Of a stretch of 42,439 nt of DNA, positions 20,746 through 28,276 are shown in pieces; within the stretch, counting starts at the first letter, position 1, and every line of letters begins with the position of its first letter. Source of the DNA: an uncultured Bacilli bacterium (lineage in GTDB: Bacteria; Bacillota_I; Bacilli_A; RFN20; DUOF01). Location: positions 1 to 42,439 of the forward strand of contig CALVUJ010000002.1 of NCBI GenBank assembly GCA_944363575.1, in the 5' to 3' direction. The position numbers and the translations under genes were made by a program. The notes under the pieces were generated by a model. It did no database searches, had not been told where the DNA came from, and saw nothing but the letters and a program-made list of their open reading frames with translations.

Positions 20746-21799
20746 AATCTTTTCTCCTTTTTAAACTTTTATACTTATTAATTTTCTCCTTCTTATGACC
20801 TTTCTTCACTATCCAAAATAAAATAAGCCCCGAAAGCAAAATAACACCCACAATTAATAACCACCAATAATCAACTTGCTCCTCCACTACTAATAAAACA
20901 CCTAACCCATTACTTGAATATTGTAAATACCCATCTAAATATTCATACTCTAACTTCTCATACACCCCATCATAAACACTATATACCTGTACTCTTCTAT
21001 TTTTAATTTTCTCCTCACCAATAAAAATTTTAGCACTAACCTTCCCATCTACCTCTACTCTTTCATTACCACTCTTCAAATAAACATCCCAGGCACTCCA
21101 AACAACATAGTTATCCAAACCATACTTACTAGAATCACCCTTATCTACAAAAATCGTAGAATTAATCGGTACATACGTATTATCATCCAGTTCTATTTTA
21201 TTTTTTATTTCTCCCATTTTTTCGATTATTCGCGGATGTATACTTCCCGTATACCCATCCAAACCTAAATAATAATTATTACTATTCTTCCCTTCTAAAC
21301 TTAAACCACTTAACTCAACGCCTATATTCTCTCCAACAATAATACTCGAAAAAACTCCCTTTAATTTTCCCTTAACATAAACATCTTCATCAACAATCCC
21401 CACTACTACATATGAAGGCAATTCTAACAAGTTATTCCCATCATACTGCTTACGAATCTCATCTTCAAATCTAACATAAACTTTCTTAGGAATAATCGTA
21501 ATATTTACACTCAGCTCTACTTTTTCATAATTATTATCAAACGGCTCAAATATAACCTGTTCCTCATGATCACCAACACCTAAAACTTTAGTATCTTCTT
21601 TCCAATAAAACGTCCCCTCAACACTAGCCATACCACCACTTAATTCCGACTCAAATAAAGGAGACCCATATGGTATTTCTTCTGCTATTGGCTTTTCAAG
21701 CACACTCGTCGCTTCCAAACCATTTGCTAAATTGTTACTAAATAAAAAAAGAGTTACTAATAAGCAAACAAAATAAATTACACATCTTACTTTCCTCAT
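20729..21799 (-). CDS. Secreted/membrane-anchored protein with MBG/YDG-type repeat and C-terminal TM plus basic tail
   Basis: Signal peptide MRKVRCVIYFVCLLVTLFLFSNNLANG. KQYDGNN motif. C-terminal WWLLIVGVILLSGLILFWIV followed by KKGHKKEKINKYKSLKRRK. 17-nt overlap with the ATPase gene (operon). Confidence 0.6.
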   Translation of the reverse strand: MRKVRCVIYFVCLLVTLFLFSNNLANGLEATSVLEKPIAEEIPYGSPLFESELSGGMASVEGTFYWKEDTKVLGVGDHEEQVIFEPFDNNYEKVELSVNITIIPKKVYVRFEDEIRKQYDGNNLLELPSYVVVGIVDEDVYVKGKLKGVFSSIIVGENIGVELSGLSLEGKNSNNYYLGLDGYTGSIHPRIIEKMGEIKNKIELDDNTYVPINSTIFVDKGDSSKYGLDNYVVWSAWDVYLKSGNERVEVDGKVSAKIFIGEEKIKNRRVQVYSVYDGVYEKLEYEYLDGYLQYSSNGLGVLLVVEEQVDYWWLLIVGVILLSGLILFWIVKKGHKKEKINKYKSLKRRKDYGDCC

Positions 21800-21989
21800 A
21801 ACATCCCTCTTTATTACACATTTATATTAAATCATATTTTATTAAAGATTAAAATGTTGAATAAAAAGTTTATTGCGAAAAATAATTAAAAATTAGATAG
21901 TTTTATTATTTATAACATTAAAATTCGCAGTAAGCATATAAAAACTTAATTTAAAAGATATAAATTTGATAAAATAAAGATACAGGAAA

Positions 21990-22184
21990 ATAAGCGTTAA
22001 CAAAGTTTAGCTAACTTAACGCGAACACCTAAAATGTATAGGTGAACCTTTGTCCTGTTGAGAGATTTTTATTTAATAAGGCTAGACTTTAAACAAACAG
22101 CATTAGCCTTAACCTTTGAAGTATTTACAAAGGATTTAGTGAAACGCTTTACGACAATATCGTAAGGCGTTTTATTTTTGTTTG
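21990..22184 (+). ncRNA. Candidate small structured RNA (four consecutive hairpins ending in an intrinsic terminator); identity unknown
   Basis: Stems GCGTTAA(21994-22000)/TTAACGC(22016-22022); AAGGCTA(22078-22084)/TAGCCTT(22104-22110); CCTTTG(22113-22118)/CAAAGG(22128-22133); terminator AACGCTTTACGAcaatatTCGTAAGGCGTT + TTTATTTTTGTTTG (22142-22184). No ORF. Locally higher GC than the surrounding spacer. Confidence 0.4.
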
Positions 22185-22294
22185 ATTTTCTTACATAAGA
22201 ATTGATGTGAGAAAATATATTTTTAAATATTTTATTTTCGCGTTAACTTTTAAAACTAACAATTAAAGATTAAAATTAACAATTTAATAATTTT

Positions 22295-22325
22295 TATAAG
22301 TTTCCTTTCAAAGATATGATATACT
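22295..22325 (+). promoter_or_regulatory. Extended -10 promoter (TGaTATACT) for the SPFH gene
   Basis: TGATATACT at 22317-22325. RBS GGAGGG, ATG 22347. Confidence 0.45.
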
Positions 22326-22346
22326 TAAAAAAATGGAGGGATTATC

Positions 22347-23402
22347 ATGAGTCTAACATCAACCTTAAATATTATTGAATCACCAAATAGTGAAGAAAGC
22401 GTTATAGTTTTGCGATATCCCCTTCTTAATAACACATTAAAAATAGGAACTAAACTATTAGTAAAACAAAACCAAGTCGCTGTCTTTGCTGATGGTGATA
22501 CAGTCCTAGATGTCTTACCTGAAGGGATACACACCTTAAGTTTAGAAAGCCTGCCAAAATTTGCTGCCTATAAAAAATGGGATAAACGATTCAATTCTAC
22601 ATTCCGCTGTGATATTTATTTTGTTTCTTTAATATTATTTGATAATTTAAAATGGGGAATGGTAAATTCTGTAATTATAAGAGATAATGATTTTGGAAGT
22701 ATAGCTATAAAATGCTTTGGAAATTTTTCTTTTAAAGTTACTGACGCTAGTGCTTTTATGAAAGAATTATTCGGTAAAATTAGTCAATTCAATAATGAAG
22801 ATATAACACTATATCTACGAACTTTAATTGTAACAGGTGTAACTGACATGCTTTTAGAAACAAGAATGTCTGCCCTTGATTTTGTAACTAATTATGATAG
22901 TCTTGAAATGGAAAATTTTAAAATAGTTAGCCAAAAATTTGCTAATTGTGGCTTATTCTTACAAAGACTAAACATTGAAAACATCACTATACCTGAAGAA
23001 ATAGAAAAATTAGTAAATATAAAAGTCATGGAAAAAGTGAATGAATACTCCTCTAACATTAGCAAAAATTTACCTTTAAATCATCCAATCAATGCTGGAA
23101 CTATAAGCACTGCAGAAATGAAAAAAATGTTTAACTTTACCCATGATTTTACGATTACTTGTTTACATTGTGGTGCTACTATTGCTAAAAACTTTAAGTT
23201 CTGCCCTCAATGCGGAAACGAAAATAAAGAGTTAGCTAAAGAATGCCCTAATTGCCATAATATCATTGCTTTTAAAGCTAATTATTGCCCTGATTGTGGA
23301 ACTAAGCTATTTGATAAAAATAATGTTGTGATATGTAAAAATTGCGGGAAAATAGTATCTAAAGATGATTTATATTGCCCTGATTGTGGTAAAGCTCTAT
23401 AA
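22347..23402 (+). CDS. SPFH/Band-7-like (Band_7_1 family) domain protein with C-terminal tandem zinc ribbons
   Basis: N-terminal LRYPLLNNTLKIGTKLLVKQNQVAVFADGD resembles the Band_7_1 SPFH N-terminus. C-terminus has four CxxC...CxxC pairs (CLHCG..CPQCG; CPNCH..CPDCG; CKNCG..CPDCG). Confidence 0.6.
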   Translation: MSLTSTLNIIESPNSEESVIVLRYPLLNNTLKIGTKLLVKQNQVAVFADGDTVLDVLPEGIHTLSLESLPKFAAYKKWDKRFNSTFRCDIYFVSLILFDNLKWGMVNSVIIRDNDFGSIAIKCFGNFSFKVTDASAFMKELFGKISQFNNEDITLYLRTLIVTGVTDMLLETRMSALDFVTNYDSLEMENFKIVSQKFANCGLFLQRLNIENITIPEEIEKLVNIKVMEKVNEYSSNISKNLPLNHPINAGTISTAEMKKMFNFTHDFTITCLHCGATIAKNFKFCPQCGNENKELAKECPNCHNIIAFKANYCPDCGTKLFDKNNVVICKNCGKIVSKDDLYCPDCGKAL

Positions 23403-23423
23403 TTAAAAAACTAATTTTAATAA

Positions 23424-23456
23424 AAAAAGGGAAAATGATTTTTTTCCCTTTTTTAC
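23424..23456. terminator. Bidirectional intrinsic terminator between the SPFH gene (+) and VirB4-like-1 (-)
   Basis: AAAAAGGGAAAAatgaTTTTTTCCCTTTTTT, a palindromic hairpin with T/A runs on both sides. Confidence 0.65.
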
Positions 23457-25906
23457 TTTTTGAAAACTCTTTCTTCGTTTTTAGTAACGACAATCTTATC
23501 CATCGTTAACCTTTGCCCAGGTGCCACAACAAACAAACATTGACCAATACCTGCATTCGCAATAAACTCTCGCTCTTCATCAGAGAACCCACCAACTGAA
23601 GCATACAAATCCATCAAAGCCTGCAAATCCGCAGGATTCAAACCAAATATAAACGAATATTGACATCCATTAATAATAGAAGTAGTATATTTTTTAATAT
23701 TTGCACTACCAACGAAGTCATTAACGTTTTGAGTAATAACTACAAAAATACCATTATATTTTCTTATACGCTTAACCATTTGGTGCATAAAGTACAATGC
23801 TGCTGGACTTCTCTCATCAATAAACACATGCGCCTCATCTACTACTATTGCCACATGCTTATTCTCATGCCTAGCAATATTTCTTTCCCTATTCTTACTA
23901 ACTTCATTTTCTAAGAAACGAAGAACTAACAACATTTGTGAATTCATAACCATATCATTTTTAGAAGAAGAAGCCTTCCTAAAATCAAACAAAATCAAAT
24001 CACTAGTACTCGTATCAATAGTCGTAGGCCCATTCCACAAACTAGCTAACGAACCCTCTCCACTCAATCTTTCAAAATAAACTTCAATATTCCTTAAATC
24101 ACTTAATTCATCACCTAAATCAATTGATCTATTAGAATCTTTTATAATTAAAGCTGTTATTTTTTCGATTTTTTCCTTAACAATAGCCATCGCATCATCC
24201 ATTATAGGATAATCTTCAGCCTTTAACTTCTCAAAATTATCCGTTTTCTTAATTCCTTTTCTTTCATAAGCTTCAGTCATAATCTTAGACATTCTCGCTA
24301 ATTCTTTATTGGTTAAATCAGGAATTAAGTTTTGCATAAATTGCTCTAAAAATTGAATATGATTAGAAAAAATTGCTCTATACCCTTCCTCTTTTTGCTG
24401 CTCTGTCATCTCCTCTTCATCATCTTCTTGCATCGCTCCAAAAATATGGAAAGGATTTATTCTTGAGTTATTACCTGCTCCAACATCAATAATTTGACCC
24501 CCTAACTTCTTAGTCATATAATCATACTCACCTTCTGGGTCAATAATATAGGTCTTAACATCCTCTAAAATAAGTTTTAACAACATCTTTTTTGTAAAAT
24601 GCGATTTACCAGAACCAGACTTACCAATAACCATAATGTTCGAGTTAGTTCTACTCGTAGATCTAACCTTAGGATCAAAGAAAATCAAACCAGCAGCATT
24701 ATACCCTAACCAAAACCCATCTTTATCATCTAAGCCTTGAAAAATAAAAGGGAAACCTGCCCCAAGTGTACTACAAGGAATATCACGACCATTAGACATA
24801 ATAATATCATCTCTAGGTGTAGGAAGCATAGCTATTAATCCATTTGTCTGCCTAAGAGGTAACTTATCAATTTTAAATCTTTGTTGCTTTAAAGATGAGA
24901 TTACCTTACGATTATTATTCCTTAAATCTTTCTCTGTCTTAGCATAACTCATCGTATAAATATTAATCAATTTAAGCGTCTCATTTCCTCTTTCTATATC
25001 CGATAACACTTCATAAAAAGACTCTAATTGCGTTTGTTTACTCATAGATTCAGAAACTTTACCATGCTCTAACATCTGTGTTCTAATCTCCCTAATAGCT
25101 TTATCCATAAGCATCTTAGCGGTAGAAACCTCTACATTCCTAACATTAACTACCACTGTTGTATCAGGATGCGACATCACCAACGATAGCCATGCACCAG
25201 GAACATCTCTTGGATACTCATATGTAGAAAGAATACTCGCATACATTGAATCTGTCCTAATTTTAGTACTAAAAAACTCTAACTCTTCAGGCATTATATC
25301 TTGTTTATAATCTTCACAAGTTTCAAAATATTTATCATTTTTCGTACCATATGGATTAAACACATAATAAAAGAAAGCCTTAATTTCACTATCGCTACAT
25401 TCCTTAGGTTCCAACTTATTAATCTCTAATTTTTCAAAAACACTGTTATATACAAAATTTAAGTCTTCCAAATTGTTACCATAAATAACTAAATAAAATT
25501 CTTTAACCATTACAGGATAATCTTCTTGATAAGTTTTCATAACTTGCCATTCAAAATCAACCTGCTCTTTTCTATTACGATAACCTTCCTCACTCATATC
25601 CTTATTAGCAAACTTTTCATCTTGTAAAGCATACAACCTCTCCTGCTTATTAATTGCATTCGTTAAATCCAAAGGCCTTTCCAATTTAACAATACTGCAA
25701 TCACCTTTAATCAAATTAAAAGCATTAGTCATTTGCCTAATCTTCGTTCGTTGATCTTCCAAAGATAAATATGCCAAATTTAAACTTCCAACTTTAATAA
25801 CCTTACTAATTTTATTAGTAGTATATGTCACAACACCATTTTCAATTTTCTTAATTGGAAGAAACTCTAAAATATTTCCTCCCTTTCTTGCTGAATTATT
25901 TGCCAT
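23453..25906 (-). CDS. VirB4/ConE/TcpF/Orf16-family conjugation-type ATPase (paralog 1)
   Basis: Walker A IGKSGSGKSHFTKKM followed by IIDPEGEY. Walker B-region IVVDEAHVFIDE. N-terminal LPIKKIENGVVTY as in Gram-positive VirB4 homologs. 817 aa. Confidence 0.85.
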   Translation of the reverse strand: MANNSARKGGNILEFLPIKKIENGVVTYTTNKISKVIKVGSLNLAYLSLEDQRTKIRQMTNAFNLIKGDCSIVKLERPLDLTNAINKQERLYALQDEKFANKDMSEEGYRNRKEQVDFEWQVMKTYQEDYPVMVKEFYLVIYGNNLEDLNFVYNSVFEKLEINKLEPKECSDSEIKAFFYYVFNPYGTKNDKYFETCEDYKQDIMPEELEFFSTKIRTDSMYASILSTYEYPRDVPGAWLSLVMSHPDTTVVVNVRNVEVSTAKMLMDKAIREIRTQMLEHGKVSESMSKQTQLESFYEVLSDIERGNETLKLINIYTMSYAKTEKDLRNNNRKVISSLKQQRFKIDKLPLRQTNGLIAMLPTPRDDIIMSNGRDIPCSTLGAGFPFIFQGLDDKDGFWLGYNAAGLIFFDPKVRSTSRTNSNIMVIGKSGSGKSHFTKKMLLKLILEDVKTYIIDPEGEYDYMTKKLGGQIIDVGAGNNSRINPFHIFGAMQEDDEEEMTEQQKEEGYRAIFSNHIQFLEQFMQNLIPDLTNKELARMSKIMTEAYERKGIKKTDNFEKLKAEDYPIMDDAMAIVKEKIEKITALIIKDSNRSIDLGDELSDLRNIEVYFERLSGEGSLASLWNGPTTIDTSTSDLILFDFRKASSSKNDMVMNSQMLLVLRFLENEVSKNRERNIARHENKHVAIVVDEAHVFIDERSPAALYFMHQMVKRIRKYNGIFVVITQNVNDFVGSANIKKYTTSIINGCQYSFIFGLNPADLQALMDLYASVGGFSDEEREFIANAGIGQCLFVVAPGQRLTMDKIVVTKNEERVFKK
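23505..23930. repeat. ~420-bp near-identical DNA segment shared with 28325-28740 (3' ends of the two VirB4-like paralogs)
   Basis: Example: gcctgcaaatccgcaggattcaaaccaaatataaacgaatattgaca[t/a]ccatt is identical but for 1 nt in both copies. Spurious plus-strand track ORFs 23660..23914 and 28331..28615 translate to the same peptide. Confidence 0.8.
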
Positions 25907-26201
25907 TTTTCTTCACTACACTCTTCTTCTTATAATACTTTTCTTGTGACATATACGCAAATAAAACATCAAAACTTTGATACCCCTTCTTATTAACAAT
26001 AAACGAAGGAGAAACCATAAACAATGTAATAAATCCAATAATAGCAACAACAATAATCTTAGGAACCATTCCCCAAGATGTTTTAAAAATTAAAACACAG
26101 ATGATTGCCGCTACAATGACCATGGCCGCTTCTACAACGCCCAACCCCTTAAATAACTGCATCTTAACATTTCTAGCTGATTTTGGTATCAAATATCCCA
26201 T
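25896..26201 (-). CDS. Small 2-TM membrane protein, VirB3/TcpE/ConD-like by position and topology
   Basis: 101 aa with two hydrophobic helices (VVEAAMVIVAAIICVLIF; IIVVAIIGFITLFMV). Overlaps the VirB4-like start by 11 nt. Sequence-level homology not verifiable by eye. Confidence 0.5.
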   Translation of the reverse strand: MGYLIPKSARNVKMQLFKGLGVVEAAMVIVAAIICVLIFKTSWGMVPKIIVVAIIGFITLFMVSPSFIVNKKGYQSFDVLFAYMSQEKYYKKKSVVKKNGK

Positions 26202-26204
26202 AAA

Positions 26205-28178
26205 CTATACCCCCTTCTTTTGATTGTTATAGAAATCATTTGCCTTAGAACTAGCTTCCATTAACTTCTCTCTTTGTTTATCTGCTCTTTCTTTAACTCT
26301 AAGAGCATCTGCCGTACTCATATTACCAGAACTAATCTCACTAAGTTTTCTAGCCGTTTTACCATATTCAACTTGTGCCTTACGATATGCTGTCGTAATT
26401 TTCTTTAACTCTTCTTGTTGCTTAGAAGACAAATCATTACTCAACTTCGTAGACTTACTTGCAAAATCACGATACCCTTCCTTAGCAACTTTCTCTTCTT
26501 TCTTATATGCTTCAACATATTTAACCATTGAACTCTTAATTTTTGTTTGCTCACCACTACTAATTGAATTATCTAAGTCTTTACTTGCACTCTCAAATTC
26601 TTTTACAACTTCTCTAGAACTAGCACTATTAGAATTCTTCATAAAGCCCCATTCTTGACGAATCTTATCGTTTTCTCTCTTATAACCTGACAAGCTTCTA
26701 TCCAAAACCTCAGTTGGATCAAAACTAGATACAGCATTTTCAGTTGTTTTATAATTACCCCTAATTGCACCACTATCATTACTTCTTGTTTCTCTCTCTG
26801 CTAAAGAAACATTAGCTCTATTTTGAATATTATTAACATGCCTATCAACATTACTTACATTCATATTAACATTATTTCGCACACTACTATTAACATTTAC
26901 TGTTGGCTTAGCTTTCTCTGAATCAGAAGAAACACTCTCATTATAATTAATAATTTTTCTCGTTGAAGTACTAGTCTTTGTAATAACTCTTGTCCTAGGT
27001 GTTGAACTCTCTCCCTTTACAATCGGTGTTTGCTCTTTAGGACCCAATCTATTAAAGATGCCTTCTAATATAGCTCCACTATCATCATTAGAACTTCTAA
27101 ACGTATTTCCTAATAACTCTCCAGAATCTTTAGCCACTGTAGTACCAGCCATCAATAATAACATTTTAGTAAGATTGTTGATTAACAATACTGTCTCATT
27201 AACCTCCGTTTCACCATCTGCTAATGCTTTAATAGCCCCTAAACTACCATCACCAGTAGCTTCAGTTGTTACCTTAACAAGTTCTAAATCATTAATTACA
27301 CCAACCAAAGAAATTAAAATCATAAAAACAATTACAGTACCAATAATTGAAAACAATTCCGGCAAAGCTTTATTCTTCCATTCTCTAAGCTTACTACCCC
27401 CATCATCTACCATTCTAGCAATATAAAAAGGTGCTACCAAATACAAAACAATAATATTAAAAATACGCTTAATTAACTTCAAAACAATTACCACCAAATT
27501 GAAAACAATTACACCGCCACCTAATAAATATACATACCAATAAAAAGTAACTGTTCCTGTTCCACCATATTCTAAATCAAACAAGAAACCATTCTCCATT
27601 TGCTTCCAACTCGTAATCTCCGTCCCATACATAGCATTATATGCCTCAACAGGATCCCCACTAAAACTAATATTAAAAATTAAATCTGCTAACGAAATAT
27701 TACTATTATCACCAAAAATCCCCACAATTGCAGTAGTAATCGTACTAATAGAAGAAATCGCAAACAAAGACAACGGAGCTAAACATATTAAAAGAAAAAA
27801 AGCTAAAACCATATTTCTAATAACACCTACTGTTGACTTAGTTTCTTCTTTACTAAAATACATTTGCTTAATAACGGCAATTGTACCAAAAATAGCCATC
27901 AAAATAACGGAAGTAAAAAGCATAAATAAAGAAACATTAGAAACAATATTTTGATTAAACAGTTGACTTAATAAATCCTGTTCCTCCACCAAATTTTCAC
28001 TACCTGAGCCCAAATAATTTACCCCAACCAATTTATAAAACAAACCTGTAATAACATCAATTAAATTACCAACAGCATAAACTATCTTCCAAAAAAGCTC
28101 ATATATTGCATATAATATGCCTTTAGCAATGTTCCCATATCCAGGATCATCTAACTTAAAAAAGTTAACTATAGACAT
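26205..28178 (-). CDS. VirB6/TrbL/ConG/TcpH-like polytopic membrane protein (paralog 1): N-terminal ~350-aa multi-TM domain, C-terminal ~300-aa hydrophilic coiled-coil/low-complexity domain
   Basis: Multiple TM helices. Shares the conserved block LVAPFYIARMVDDGGSKLREWKNK with paralog 2 (VAPSPISQIVLDGGTKFKQWLKK). Followed directly by the VirB3-like and VirB4-like genes. Confidence 0.7.
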   Translation of the reverse strand: MSIVNFFKLDDPGYGNIAKGILYAIYELFWKIVYAVGNLIDVITGLFYKLVGVNYLGSGSENLVEEQDLLSQLFNQNIVSNVSLFMLFTSVILMAIFGTIAVIKQMYFSKEETKSTVGVIRNMVLAFFLLICLAPLSLFAISSISTITTAIVGIFGDNSNISLADLIFNISFSGDPVEAYNAMYGTEITSWKQMENGFLFDLEYGGTGTVTFYWYVYLLGGGVIVFNLVVIVLKLIKRIFNIIVLYLVAPFYIARMVDDGGSKLREWKNKALPELFSIIGTVIVFMILISLVGVINDLELVKVTTEATGDGSLGAIKALADGETEVNETVLLINNLTKMLLLMAGTTVAKDSGELLGNTFRSSNDDSGAILEGIFNRLGPKEQTPIVKGESSTPRTRVITKTSTSTRKIINYNESVSSDSEKAKPTVNVNSSVRNNVNMNVSNVDRHVNNIQNRANVSLAERETRSNDSGAIRGNYKTTENAVSSFDPTEVLDRSLSGYKRENDKIRQEWGFMKNSNSASSREVVKEFESASKDLDNSISSGEQTKIKSSMVKYVEAYKKEEKVAKEGYRDFASKSTKLSNDLSSKQQEELKKITTAYRKAQVEYGKTARKLSEISSGNMSTADALRVKERADKQREKLMEASSKANDFYNNQKKGV

Positions 28179-28203
28179 ATTATCACTCCTCCCAATATAA
28201 ATT

Positions 28204-28233
28204 AATTATACCTTACTTATTCTTTCTTTTTCA
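28204..28233 (-). promoter_or_regulatory. Sigma-A-type promoter for module 1 (TTGAAA-18-TATAAT on the minus strand)
   Basis: Minus strand reads TTGAAAaagaaagaataagtaaggTATAAT, then RBS GGGAGGAG before ATG at 28178. Confidence 0.55.
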
Positions 28234-28244
28234 ATTGTTTCACC

Positions 28245-28276
28245 AGTAAAAAAAGATATGTTGTCAACATATCTTA
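28245..28276 (-). terminator. Intrinsic terminator ending module 2 (perfect 10-bp stem overlapping the VirB4-like-2 stop)
   Basis: Minus strand reads AAGATATGTTGacaCAACATATCTT followed by TTTTTTTAC. Confidence 0.7.

Noticed and set aside
21990-22184. Assignment of the structured element to tmRNA, SRP RNA, T-box or a standard riboswitch
   Set aside because: None of the diagnostic consensus blocks (tmRNA tRNA-like 3' end, SRP domain IV GGAAGCAGCC, T-box AGGGUGGNACCGCG) are present. Left as an unclassified sRNA candidate.
23660-23914. 84-aa plus-strand ORF (and its twin 28331..28615)
   Set aside because: Antisense to the VirB4-like genes. Its duplication simply reflects the near-identical 3' DNA of the two paralogs. 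Kept only as evidence of the repeat.
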